Assembly: GCA_012295275.1 (NCBI GenBank)
Contig: CM022673.1
Coordinates: forward strand, 7,130,001 to 7,194,000
DNA length: 64,000 nt
Direction: 5' to 3'
Source of the DNA: Chrysomallon squamiferum
Taxonomy: Eukaryota; Animalia; Mollusca
Shown here piece after piece: positions 41,891-55,955 of this stretch; the first letter of the stretch is position 1, and each line of letters starts with the position of its first letter. Below the pieces are notes generated by a model. The model made no database searches. It was not told where the DNA came from and saw nothing but the letters and a program-made list of their open reading frames with translations. The position numbers and the translations under genes are program-made.

Positions 41891-42547
41891 ACTGACAGAA
41901 TCCTTATAATACAATAAGCAATGAACGATTTATGTTATTAATGATATTAATGATATTCGTTTTCAGTACACAGATGTGAATGTGTTTGAGTTGATAAAAA
42001 CTACTCAAAATTCTTTAATATATTATGTATTCTGTCAACCTATATCACATTAACGTTTCATTTTTTTTTTTTTTTTTAAATTATCATCATTATATATGAA
42101 TTATTCTTCAATTATTTTTTTCTTCTTCTTCTTCTTTACGACGGCCTAACGAAAAACCATTTAAATACTTCTTGTTTTGACAAACGAGTTCATCCTCTCT
42201 GGCACCGTTTTATGACAATATCAGTGAAGTCCCACATCTCGGAGAACAGATAGAAAAATCTCGATAGATTTCATTGATTAATCCGCCCGTCTTTGTGAAG
42301 GTCTTCTCTCGGCTCCGCGGGTCTTTGCCGTTCATCCCTTCACCCATCGATATTCGCCTGCAGGATAAAAGTGGAGACCTCGATAAAAGAGCGTGGCAGT
42401 GATAGCGAAGCGCACCGGGACCAGAAAGAGTGTTTAAGATTTTTAACGATAACTTTTTCGCTTGGGTTTTGACATCAAGAAGTGACATCTTGAAGTGAGA
42501 GAAATCGTCGACTTCTTATCATGATGACATGTCCGTCGTCTCAGAGC

Positions 42548-42584
<37 letters not shown>

Positions 42585-44540
42585 TTGTGTAGTTCCGTGA
42601 CTGGTTTGTTTTACGTGCATATTTTTGCAGGTATGGTCAGCTTTTCGTCGTATCTTTTTATATGTTTGTTTGTTTGTTTGTTTATTTTGGGAATATGGCG
42701 AAACGCATTAAACCCTGGTAATACGTTTCCAACCTCTTCACTGGCCGGATTCATAGATTAGTAAATTATGTTAGTTATTTAATAACCCAAAGTATCATAA
42801 AGTCTTTTTTCTGCAGATGGCTTTATACCGTAGTTTATTTAATGTCCCCTTTTCTTAATAAAGTCATAGAATAATTTACCATTATATTCGTGTGTGATTG
42901 TTTCCTGGGGGTTTTGTCTTTTTTTATTTTTTTTTATTTTATTATTGTTTTTTACTGCGTTTCTTTAGGTTTAAAAAAATAATAAATATCTGATATTTAT
43001 TATCAGATTATTTCCCAGCTGAAATTGTCTTAACCATTCGTGAAGTTTTATCGAGGTCAACTGAAAGAGTATTTCCCAAAGGTGTATAAACTTCGCTATG
43101 GTCTGAAATCAGAGACAGTTTATTTTAATGACGTACAGAATTTAAAATTTGCCATGGATACTACTGAATAGGTCCGAAACATTTTGTCTTTTTATTTATT
43201 TATTTTTGTTTGTTTGCTTCTTTTTTCTGTCTATCTATCTGTCTGTCTATCTATCTATCTATCTATGATCAGTATATAAACATACAAATGTGTATATATG
43301 TAAATTTATGCATGAGTGTGTGCGTTTTTGTTTGTAATTTGTTAAATTTATTTGTCAACTGTATCAATCTGTAAGTGCATTTATAAATTAAAATGAGCAT
43401 ATTATTGTCATCATTATCATTAGTACGTGTTATATCCGTATAAACAGTTCAGATTCATTTGCTAAGTCAAATGAATTAAAATAAGTCAAGAACAGTTAAA
43501 AGAAACCAAATTTAAGCCTGATACGTACACTTACATAAAATACTGTTTAACTTACTAAGTAACCGTCTCGAATTTATTTGCCAAGTGAATTAAAGGACGT
43601 CATGAATAAGAATAATTATGAGAAACCAGATTTATTTTCGCGAAATCTTCATCTTCAAATCGAATACTCTTGTTTGAATAGGCTTGCCGCGACTGTATTG
43701 ACTCCAAGCCACGCGCGATTTCGCGGGGTATCAAACGAAAGCGCCACTCTTGGCATTACACTTTCCCGCGCCTTTCAAGTGGAGTATGCTCCAATCAATG
43801 TTCCTGGCACGTTTTGCAGCGATCGAAACTAAGTCTTTATAAATGCAGCCTTTTGCAATTATCCGGAGTGGCTTTCACTATTAACTCGGCAGATATCCGA
43901 GGTTAATTGTTGGATTGGAGTTGTGATTTTCCATAAATATCTATCTGTGTTGGTGTTTAGTTTATCAAACTGGATCGTAAAGGTTTACGACAAACTTATT
44001 TATCAAACTGGTAAGACAGAAAACTACTAAGTGAAATAAATAAATAAATAAATAAATAAATGACAACTTAAGGAGGAGAAGAAGAAAAACAAAAACAATA
44101 ACAATTAATGATGATGGTGCTTTAAACCGAATTCATGTTAATTAATTTTAACGAAGATTACTTCAATTGCCCATGTTGTCGTTTTGATCTTATTTAACCC
44201 GAATTATCCTAATTAATAGTTAATTTCATCAGTAAACGTCATTATTTTTTCAACAGACAGGATATTTCGATCTGAATATTTAATGTCCTGTTTTTAACTC
44301 TTCTTTCAACTGGAAAAAAAGAAAATGCAGAAGAAACAAAAAAAATGAAATTGCGTGACCCATGAGAGGAAATTACATCACGCACAATTACATGTTTCAA
44401 CAGGCCACGCTGACACGTGCTATAGTGGAAATGAATACTCTTAATACCGTTACTTTATTTTTATCTTCGTGACATGCCCGAAGCTGATAAAGAATCTGAG
44501 ATAATTTTATCTTTTGTCGATCAGGACAATTGTTAGAGTT

Positions 44541-44713
44541 CTGACACATGTGGTGATGACTCGCTGACTCAATCCTTTTTTTTTTTTTTTTTTTTTCGAA
44601 CCACTGTGACGACGACGCCAAAGATTACTCTGATTCATTAGCAGCAAGAGACACCTTTCATATGAACCTTCCCACTGACAGGAAAACACATACCACAGCG
44701 TTTAGTAAACCAG
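44541..44713 (-). mobile_element. Second decayed fragment of the same SINE family (core and 3' part), interrupted by poly-T
   Basis: attagcagcaagagacacctttcatatgaaccttcccactgacaggaaaacacataccacagc matches the recalled core attagcagcaagggatcttttatatgcac...cccacagacagg...cacataccacggc and aligns by eye with 22772-22821. Confidence 0.6.
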
Positions 44714-45553
44714 CCTTGACTTGAATGTATTTATTTAGGTGAAAAAAAATATATATTACGAAGTTCCTCTATTTCTGACGCTTCTGTTTGTCTAACAAAA
44801 AGATGAATATGAAACTTCATATTTCCCAGATGTCTGGATAGCCGGTGTCACTGCTATCATATTGCGCTGCGAAATAAAAATAATTTAATTTTTCTGGAAC
44901 CGGAGAGTTATTACGACGAATGACCCAGACTTCTGCCTCATTGAATTAAGGTTTTACACCGAATCACAGCATAAAAGCGAAATATAGTCCTATGCTGCTG
45001 ATGTAAAGATCTTTATGGTTATGTACAGTATCAAATATAATACGTATTTATACGTTAGACGTCGAGACTAAAAGTGTACCTTTGGTAATACGAAGAAATA
45101 GTTTATGTATATTTAGTATATTTCCAAACTAGGTATGTTTTTATTTTACTTACTTTTGTTTCTTTACTCCTATTTTTCGGTTTCGTTTTCTTTTTCTTTC
45201 TTTCTTTCTTTCTTTCTTTCTTTTCTTTCTTTCTTTTTCCTTCTTTTTTTGGTGCTGGTTGTGTTAGTAACACGCATATCAACAAACGTGTACAGATTTA
45301 AAGTATTCGGACATCTCCATCTTGTTGTAACCCTAACACCGTAACGCAACTGTTTTAGCGTTTCTTCTAAGAGTTGTCAGAAAAAACTAAGAAATACCCG
45401 AAAATGTAACAACAGTTAAAACGATGACATTCAAGTATTTTGTGACAGCATTATTTTACTTTCATAGTTTGTTATTAACACTAACAGATCGCCCCAAAAT
45501 AACAATATAATGATTATGAACATTTAATTTTTGAGACTGGCCACGGGTACATT

Positions 45554-45741
45554 TTAAGAACTAGTGCTAAAAAAACTGCAGTCTTTATTAATGCTAACAT
45601 CGACTTAAGAATCAACGCTAAAAACATTGCCCTGTTTATTGAGATCGACGAAGTCTTGAGAACCGATGCTAAAAATCATAGCTTTCTGCCTTGAAATTAA
45701 AATCTACTTAGGAACAAATCCTAAAACATTGCAGTCTTAAC
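45554..45741. repeat. Highly decayed 51-52 bp tandem repeat (~4 units)
   Basis: tt(a/g)(a/g)gaa.....(g/c)ctaaaa...tgc recurs at 45554, 45605, 45656 and 45708. Confidence 0.7.
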
Positions 45742-46381
45742 TACAAACGTTAAAGTATTACATTCTTTGTCTGAGGCTATCACCGACATTAGTTTTCTTG
45801 CACACAACAGAATACATATAAAACTGGGATATTTCGGTGTTTATAGGACGGCAGCACGCGAGGTACGTAAACTGCGGTGTCCTGTGGGTGAAATACAACG
45901 TGATTACCTTAGAATGGAGGATCACATTGGATCTAATTCTCGTTTACCTGATTAGATAACGACTCGCAGAATGGGGAATTATTCGCTTGATGAATATTCA
46001 TGAAGCATAATAAAAGTTTTGTATTTGTTGCTGGATGAAAGTGTGAGACGTCGAGACGTCGTCAGTGGTGACGACAACACCAGGCTACGACGTATACCAT
46101 GTGTTTTATTTCTCATCTATTTGTCGGAACAAAACAAAAACGGAATGAAAGAGCTGTCTGGTAATAATGTTATCAAGATGAGATATCGGAAATCTATAAT
46201 ATGAAGCTGTCCTGACAATTTTTATTTTTTTTTTTATTTTTATATTTTTTATATGAGTAGTCTTTATTAAATGACAGCAAATCTGTTTTATTTCAAAATT
46301 CTATCTACGTTTTTGTCTGTCATATAGTATGCCACTTCCACTTCATCATTTCTCATAATTTTTATTTTTGTATTTACTTTT

Positions 46382-46428
<47 letters not shown>

Positions 46429-47865
46429 GATTATTTAAATAAATAATATCGTTAATCGGTGATTTTAAGCAAAACAAATAATAATGGGCATTTAAAATAT
46501 AAAATAATCATTTAAAAAAAAAAAAAAAATTTTGGAAAACAAAAGCCTAAAAACCAGTATACACGTAGCAGGTCACACAATTGCTATTTGCGTTTTCTTC
46601 ATTATTCTTTTTTTTTTTTTCGCCTTTTTTCCTTTTTTTTTTTTTTTTTTTTTTTTTTTCTTGTTGTTACTAATGCAAAAAGATTTACTTTTCCTAATTT
46701 AGCTTGTCTGACAACGTATAATCTTAAAATAAAAGATCCAAATATATTGCCCCAAAGCAGCTGATTACCGTAGCACGGATATGGACCTTACAGCCATTTG
46801 ATTGTATCTGACGATAGCGCCTCAACATCGAGTCTTAATGCGACCATCTCGAACTGTGATGACACGAGAGTCAATACTTATCTGTGATGCATTCCCTCTT
46901 TGCGTTATGTGCCTCTATAATTTCCTGATGTGGCTATAATTACATACATTCTTCTCCTCATTCTCGGCCATCATTCTGGCAGATGCTATCAGATAGCCAT
47001 GAAGTAAATTGGAGTCCACTACGAGTTTAGATTAAAGAGCGGACTCCTCGTGTCTCTTCTTCGTTCAAATCACCAGAAGACGAATCAAAAGACTGCAATT
47101 TGCTGCTATTCATTGTCGAACACGGTGAAAAATGATGCTAATTTTCATCGCCGGCATCCCGACTGCAAGTAACTGCCGACCGTGCTCACCCAGTCTGCCT
47201 TTTTGATAATTTCTCTAATTTAAACATTTATTTCTTTCTTCTTTTTCTTCCTTTCTTTTTGTCTAGCTGAAAGTTTAACGTCATGGAACATGTTAAAAGC
47301 CTCTTCAGCTCAGGAAATGGGCATATTTTTCTCTTGTTTAGCGGAGAGAAAAGAAAGAATGAAGACATTTTTTTCCTCATAATTATCATATTCTCTTGGT
47401 ACGTAGACTGTAAGGAACATGTTATTTAAAAGACACAAAGCAGATGGCTTCTGAAATCGTCTATTAAATAGAAGAAAAAAAAAATAATAATAATAAATAA
47501 TAAATTTAAAGCTAACGGAAAATGGAAAATGAGAAATCAATGATTAATAGCATAAAATTTAATTCTTTACATTAAAGCTTTCATTAATGTCTCAAGGAAC
47601 AGTTCCGGCCAATTTCACGCTTTCTGGTCGCTTTATTGCACGTCTCTTTGTCGGATGTAACTGTATTCTGTTAACAATGTTTATTTGCCAGTCCTGCCAA
47701 TCGTACACCGTTCATAGCTTGACACGGAACTGTCTGTAAATCCTAAGTTTTCTAGAAGTTGAACGTCATTTGCATACTATAGAGCTTTCTAGTCACTTGT
47801 GATCGAGCAGGAAAAGGGTTGAGAGATAGATACACAATAATATTATATTCACGCCTATGGATTAA

Positions 47866-48041
47866 CAGACAGACAGACAGACAAACAGTCAGACAGACAG
47901 ACAGAAAGACAGACAGATAGATAGAAAGACAGAGAGACAGACATACAGACAGACAGACAGATATATAAATAGATAGATAGATAGATAGAGAGATAGATAG
48001 AGAGATAGATAGAGAGATAGATAAATAGATAGATAGACAGA
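47866..48041. repeat. (GACA)n/(GATA)n compound tract
   Basis: Direct reading. Confidence 0.95.
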
Positions 48042-48869
48042 TTTAAAAAGCATATGGATATATAGATAGGTAGATACACACAGATAAATATATGGAGTGA
48101 CAGAGAGACAGATATAATATCGACACAGAAAGAGCATGATTCAGAGACAGAGAGACTGAGCGAGAGCACATATACAGTAAACAAGCACTAAGCTAAAATT
48201 AATAAGGACGTTCGGTTAATCACAAAGAAATATAATTATATGAATCTTTAACGGAAATCAGCAAAAATAGTAATTAATTAATTAAAAAAAAAAAAAAAAC
48301 AACAGATGGAAACCCGTGAAAGCTGTTTTCAAACAGAGGCTGTATATATCTTTATTACTCTGTCTTGTTAGGAAAAAACACATTTCGTCTTACGGGAAAG
48401 AAAGACGTGCATATCGATTTCGCAAATCTGATACATATTCTACGTCGATCGACCTTCCTGAAAGACATATATCCATATGACAGCTGTAAAAAGATTCAAG
48501 AAATCGACGGGTCTAGAGCAAACGTTAGACGTATTTGGCTTCTTAACACAATTTTATGATTTATACGTCTTTTTCACTCGGCATGGTTTAAAAGTTATAT
48601 CTCAGACGACTTTCCCAAGGGAGGACATTACTGATGGGCTTTCGCTTAAACTCGTTAAAGTGAGTCATTGGATGGATGAAGTTTCTTTGCTATGAAGTTG
48701 CTCGATAATTTACGATGATTTTCATTTTCGTTTTCTTCTTCTTCTTCTTTTTTTTTCTTTTTACAGCACTGTACTAACATTGACTTTCTCAGATTGTTCA
48801 AAAAAAAATTAAAATAATAAAAAATTTAATAATCATTGTAAGAAGAATAAAATAAAATAAAAGAAGGCG

Positions 48870-48913
48870 ATAATAGTAATAATAATAATAATAACAAGAA
48901 CAACAACAACAAT

Positions 48914-48952
<39 letters not shown>

Positions 48953-48998
48953 AATAATAATAATAATAATAATAATATAATAATAATAATAATAATAA
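48870..48998. repeat. (AAT)n(AAC)n(AAT)n compound microsatellite
   Basis: Direct reading. Confidence 0.95.
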
Positions 48999-49305
48999 AA
49001 TCCAAGATAAAATAAATATTCACGAAATAAAGATAGGAAGACAATACTTTGAGTTTCTTTGATGAAGGCTCATAAATAAATAATAACCTCATAAAAAAAT
49101 TAAAAGAAATTCAATATAAAAAATTGAATGAACAAACTATAAAGAAAATAATAATTGTAAAGACTTGAAGAGTACAATAAAGAAAAGTTTATATGTGAAG
49201 AGATGTGATTTGATGGTGTATTTTGGTGCTATGAATTCGAAGTAGGGGTAAGTTTTTAGCCTGATTTCATATAATGCAACAGTTACAGCACCAGGAATTG
49301 TAGTA

Positions 49306-49432
49306 CAGGTACCGGACCAATTATCCAACGTCCTGAAAGACCAGAAAACCGGATGTTTTTTCCGACGCTATTTTCATTGCCCTCACCAGACAGGAACTAC
49401 TCAAGGAGTCCGGATAATTGGTCCGGTACCTG
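49306..49432. mobile_element. 127-bp MITE, Tc1/mariner-type (TA target-site duplication)
   Basis: Perfect 21-bp terminal inverted repeats CAGGTACCGGACCAATTATCC / GGATAATTGGTCCGGTACCTG, flanked by TA at 49304-49305 and 49433-49434; no coding capacity. Confidence 0.8.
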
Positions 49433-50071
49433 TAGTTGTAGTAGCAGATGCTATAGCAGCAGTATTGTTAATAGTTTTGTGGTAGTAATATAACAATAGT
49501 CACTAGTAGAGTATGAATACTTTTACATATACGCGTATCTATTCATATAAAAAAAAAAAAAAAATAGATAGCTGAAAGAGATAGAAAATAAATCCAGTGT
49601 ACTGAATTCTAACTTAATTAAACGCGTGACTTAATATCAGTTATTTGTAATCACCACAATGAACTTCAGTTCATGCTAAGAGTTACTGTTTTCAGTTTGT
49701 GACTGATTAAGAATATTAATCCCAAAAATCTGCCAGCAGTTAAAATGTACTTCGTAACATCTGTCAGCTGCTTTACAGAGATCAGCAAGTTCTATCCGGT
49801 GTTTCGCAAGCTGATCGATAAAGATTTATATCACATTTAAGTAGATTTACTTAAGCACACTATTGTTTTGACAAGCGATGTATGTAAGAACGCGAGTCTC
49901 CAGAGAGACGTTGACAAGACGTCTTCAGCAAACGACACATTTGCTTGTTTTAAATAGAAAGCTTTCAGACCAACTCTGAGAGTTTCTTAGACGAAGATAG
50001 TTTGTCTCAGAGATCTGGTCAAGACGTTACAGCTGTCCATTTTCTCTCAGATGGAACGAAAACGAGTTATT

Positions 50072-50110
<39 letters not shown>

Positions 50111-50280
50111 TTCTGTCAGTCTGTCCAGTTCCCGTCGTTTGGAACGTAAACAGATTTGTTACAGAGGCTGTTCTAGATCTTTCCAGCTGTCCAAGTTCTT
50201 CTCAGGTGAAATGAGAAAATAAGCCTTGTCTTAAAAAAACTGTTTTAGTCCGTACCAGCTGTTCTTTGCTCGTGCGGAAA

Positions 50281-50315
<35 letters not shown>

Positions 50316-51602
50316 GATGGACGTTTTGTACGGATTATCCCATGAAATGCGATTCTGCTTTCATTGCCGTCAGCGTAGCACAAATCGATGCTGACAGTCG
50401 TGATGAGCAATGAAGACAATGTGTTATTATTAGGGGTTGACGCGCTGTTGGCTGGATATCGCCGCAGAACCAGTTAATCATGCCAGATTACTCTAATCAT
50501 AACGATCTACTGCTGATAATGTTGTCGGACATTTAATGCATCAACACTTCCTTTCGTTTTAATAGTTCTGGAATTTCCACAGTTTAGTGTGCGTTTTGAG
50601 TTGTTTATTGTTCTCATTCTCATTAGTAACACCACCGTTTTCATTATCAGCTTCATCATTAGTAAAATGTTTTACAAAATTATTCATTTCATTTTTATCC
50701 GCAGCTATTCACATATAATCGTTATTTAAATGCATCACTGTTTTGTATACTTCTTTATTATATATTATAGGTAACAAAAAAACAAATAAATAACAATAAT
50801 AATAATAAAATAAAGAACAGTAATATTTTCTTATTACATCGATACATAATTTATGTATTTTATTCCAGATGCCATTTTACGATGACTCTTAACTGATTAT
50901 TCTAATATAGAAAATATTGTTAGTACGAAACTACATATGAATGGAGTAATTGTATTTACGGTGAATACGACCAAGATTTAGAAGATTTTCACTGAATCTT
51001 ATAATAGAGTAGCTGGGGATTTTATTATCACATTACTTTTATAATTCTAGCGGTGAGCAAATGATATAATCCTCCTTGTCGTCACTGCTCGGCCCGATTC
51101 CAGTAAGAAGTCGACTGAAATTTGGTCGCGTATGTCAATATTCCGTTTTAACACTGTGTAATCAAGCGGTCCAACAGTTCAGAAAACTGTCCATCTATTC
51201 TCGAATACGAGACGGGCTCCCAATTCGGACCGATCCCGGAATTAAAAACAAACACGGCAACTTTATTAAAAGAAATCAGATTGGAGTCGACCTTTTGTGA
51301 TTGTCTTCCTCTTGTTTGACGAGACTGAAATGTCTGCGGCATCGCTTCTCAAACATACCAAAATCAAATTATTCTAAATGAGCATCTTGCAAACCGCTGC
51401 CGCTAGTGGCGGGTTCGACCATTGTGGAAAGACTTTGCAATTAGTTCGATTCAGAGCAACGTCTTCCCTTTCAGTTTCTCTACCCTTGTGTTTCCCTCCC
51501 CGACCCACTTCAGTTTACCGTGCTATCACGCCTACAACAACCCAAAGCAAGCTATGAAACAAATTTTGTGTTTAGAAAAACCAGCTGGGCTTGACTAGAC
51601 GT

Positions 51603-51732
51603 CTTTAAATCATACAGTCCGGCTATATTCTAGGGAAGCATTTCAAATAAGTGATGCTCAACCTATTTTACATAATATATATATATTACTGGAAATGTTT
51701 GCCAGGCATCTTCTGGACTGTATGATTTAAGG
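51603..51732. mobile_element. Decayed ~130-bp foldback or MITE-like element
   Basis: Perfect 16-bp inverted ends ttaaatcatacagtcc / ggactgtatgatttaa, with patchy complementarity for ~30 bp further in; TTAA at both outer ends. Confidence 0.6.
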
Positions 51733-51737
51733 AACTG

Positions 51738-51803
<66 letters not shown>

Positions 51804-51903
51804 CATAATAGTAATAAAAGCAAGGCTTGTATATTCATAATTTCATAAAAATCTGTAATACATCAATCTTTATTTGTTTACAATAAAGAAACAAACAAAA
51901 AAA

Positions 51904-51951
<48 letters not shown>

Positions 51952-52843
51952 CAAATAAACAAATAAATAAAACACAAAAATAAATAAAACAGAAACTGAT
52001 TATAAAAACAATGGTTCTTCTAACACTCTGGTAATTCTGTACTTCAAAGTCGAGTCCTTATGATTTCCATTTATCAATTTGTCTCTGGTAAACATTTCAA
52101 CACGTATATACCATTTTGCATGTATTACTGAACTGACTAGTTATTATATTTTTATACAAAAATTTGAACCAGTTTTCAATTAATAACGGCAGCTTTACTT
52201 TAACTCATCTGTTACACTTTCGTAATAATTATAATGAAGGATGAAAAAAAAAAGTATATGGTTACGACTAATACCATTAATTTACTCTGCATAATAGAAA
52301 AAAATCAGTAAATGCCTTATTGTATTGCATTTACTGATTGTTTGTGGACTGTTGACTTTTTATATATGAGGGTTTTTTTTCTTTTTTTCTTGGAGGTTTG
52401 TTTTCCAAGACATTTTGAACTATATTGTATTTTTTTTTTTTATTAAGTCAATGTTAGTATGCAGCTAATTGCTATTACTTTTTTTTCCGTAAATGTCATC
52501 TGATTAACACACACACACACACACACACACACACTGTGTACGATTTCTCTTTCCAAGTACGTCGTAAAGACGTCACATCCTCTTTTCTTACAGAAATAAT
52601 TGACCTGGTCAAGTGACAATGTATTTCTTCTCATCCGCCAAAAACGTATTCGGCGAATGAAGATTAATGTTGTATCAGGATGATGAGTAGCCTAAATTAA
52701 GCTTCGCTGTGTAATCATGAGTTTGAATAAGTCTAGACGTCGTACCAAGTCTGATAACGTGTAGTCGAAGCTATCGACAGTATTTTTCTAACAACTGATG
52801 GATGATTCTTCAGACTGAGATGATCTGAAAATTAAAACCAGTC

Positions 52844-52956
52844 TGTTTGTACATCATTCAGTTCGTTTATTTGTTCATCTTTCGACTTGTTTATGTTATA
52901 TAAGTTCTTCATATCTTATCCACGCACATAATTATATCTATGTATATATATGTGTG

Positions 52957-52988
<32 letters not shown>

Positions 52989-53172
52989 TGTATGTATGTA
53001 TGTATGTATGTATGTATGTATGTTTGTAGATCATTCAGTTCGTTTATTTGTTCATCTTTCTACTTTATATTATATAAGTTCTTCATATCTTATCCACACA
53101 CATAATTATATCTATGCATATATGTTTATGTATGTATGTGTGTATGTATGTATGTATGTATGTATGTATGTA
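52844..53172. repeat. Tandem duplication, 177-bp period (unique ~105 bp plus (TATG)n)
   Basis: tgtttgta.atcattcagttcgtttatttgttcatcttt...tatataagttcttcatatcttatccac.cacataattatatctatg at 52844 and 53021. Confidence 0.92.
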
Positions 53173-53261
53173 TATACTTAAATGTTTCATTTTCTTTTCT
53201 TAATAATTTATTTCAATCTTTCAGGCTTGTTTGTAAGATCATTATTATTATTATTATTATT

Positions 53262-53301
<40 letters not shown>

Positions 53302-53988
53302 TTTAACACACACACACATATATACAGATGTCACACTGTTATAACTGAAATAAAAAAAAATAAAACCACCATTTATTTTTTTTATTTTCATGTAGACAAA
53401 GTTTATAAATATCATCTGCCACTCAGTTTTCAGTATCCTCATTCATTTAAGTATAACTTCTTCTTCTGACATAACAATGTTAAAGACTGAAAAAAAAGAA
53501 AATAGTTATCTCGACAAATTAAGTCAGTTACCTTTCAGCTAAACCTCTGTCTGATCTTTCAAAGCCTCGTTCTATAACTCACAGCTGGAGACAGTATTTA
53601 TAGCTAGCACACTGACCAGATATAACTTTAAATTACCTCCGCGAGACGACAAAACACAAATCATGAACCATCTCAATCACTGCGACCTAAAGATTAAAGC
53701 GTGAACTTTGAGTTTAAGATTTACATTCATATCAGTGTTATTCTGTCACTGCCTTCAAGGGGAATACTTTGAATTTAAAGCCGACGTAAAGGAAAAAAAA
53801 AAATTCTTTTTTTTTATGTGTGTCAGTTTAAATTAAAAATTCTGGAGTCTGTTTGAATGAAATATTAAATTATGCAAGGCTGGATGGAGGATTTAAATCA
53901 AAAAAAAAAAAAAAAAAAAAAAAAAAAAGCCGTCTTTCACTGCTTACAAAATTATCTGTGCATAAAATGAAGTATTACTATATATGTA

Positions 53989-54042
<54 letters not shown>

Positions 54043-55904
54043 ATGCGTGTGTTTGTGTGTGTGTGTATATATATTTTTTATTCTTAAAATAGATATGGAT
54101 AATTATGTTCGATATCCTCCTATAAGCTCAAGTCGTTAGATATTGAAAAACGTCACTCTTCAAGGCCTGTTGTAAATACGTTAATACGTTGTAATTCCAC
54201 GGCTTAGATTTAACACGTGTATTTCACACCTTAGCGGTGTCAGTCATCATTCACAGATTACATTATCATGAATCTTCATTTTTGCTAGCGGGCGTAAGTG
54301 ATCGGGGCTTTTGTCAAAAACCAGTTTATCGATGTTGTCAAACACGAAAGCACACAACAGTCATCGGATCATGTCTAACGTCCACATAGACACTCCATGA
54401 TCATCATGCTTTGTTTAAACAAGATGCAATCAGAGGAGAGAGAGAAAAAAAATCACGTTTGCCTGACTGATACAGGGATAGTGAAGATGACGTACACAGA
54501 GTGCAAGTATGATCATGATGGTTACGATTTAGGTTAGTGGTTTACATATTTCGTCCAGCTACTTTTGACTGATTCGAGAACTGAGCTGTTGCGATGATTT
54601 ATGTAATTCGGGCACGGCATGGAATGGATTTATTGTGTTAGTTTGTACTATCCCATATTAAAGATAACATTTCTAAAAGGTTTTCAAGAATACTGGCTGA
54701 TAACATATCTGTGTTCTTCATTTTTCTTTCACGTCCATTTTAGTAATTATCATCAATTTCTTCTTCTTCTTTTTCATTATCATCATCTTCTTCTTCGTTT
54801 TCTTATTACTGTTGTTGTTGTTGTTGTTATTGTTGTTATACGTACTGCACTTCAAATTCTTCTCGAATGTCATTTTGATCTGCCGTTCCTTTTCTAAAAA
54901 TTAGTTCAGCAATTTTATCCACTGTACTTATATTGGGATTTATAAATTTAGTGTATCAGAATAATGAAATAATTTTATTTTTTTTTATTTTTTTTTTTGC
55001 TGGTTTTTTTTCATTCGTTTCTGGCTATGCCTTCTCTTGTAACATGACTTAAGTTGGGAAAAAAATATCAATACACAAGTATGCACTTACTGATATTACG
55101 TAAGAATTATGACGTACGTATCCAGAAAAAAAAACAACAACATAAAACTGTCTTAAAAGAGATTAAATTTTTATATGCATCCTTTACTGTTTGTAAATCA
55201 GTTTCGATTCCTGCAGCTGTGTTCTGATCCCTTTACGCTGCACTGCTCATCCTTGTGAAAGGAATCAAGAAAACGCAAAATCGGCAATTTTTTTTTTTTC
55301 TTTCTTTCATTTTTATTTTTATTTTTTTTTTTTTTTTTTTTTTTAAGAAACAAGTAAAATGTTTTCGCGACAGAACTACGGCTAAAGTGACTTTCGAGTA
55401 CGTATTTTCTGTAATTTTATCAAGAATAACGATTGTATCTGGTCGGCAATCAGGGTCTGTCAGGATTGCGACATCCAGTTAAATCCAATCCACTTAACGG
55501 CACAGTTCCTGGCAGATGTCGAGGCTTGACCGGTTCGAGAATTCGGACCGTGATGAGTTAAAATGCACGGATAGCGCGAGAAACTGCAGAAATAGATGAA
55601 TCCTGTCTCCTTAAGTAAACTTGGTTAAAAAGACGAATGCAGAATCAATACGTGCTGTCCACAACGAATACTCTAATGCAACGTGGCCAATCCACGAGTT
55701 TGTTGTCTCGTCACGAGACGACACCGGACAATAAAACTGACGTCCAGAAAGTTGTTTGTTTATTTATTTAATATATATATAACACACTAAAAAGCAGTCT
55801 ATTACATTTATTATTTAATTTTGGTAAATACAAATATATTACTGAAAATAGTGAATCTGATATAACAAAAAACATCCACAACAACAAGAACGATAACAAG
55901 AACG

Positions 55905-55955
<51 letters not shown>

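Noticed and set aside
51395-51425. Possible tRNA or Pol III B-box (gggttcgacc) and second CTCF-like word
   Set aside because: No cloverleaf or A-box at the right spacing, and the CTCF-like match needs a one-base deletion
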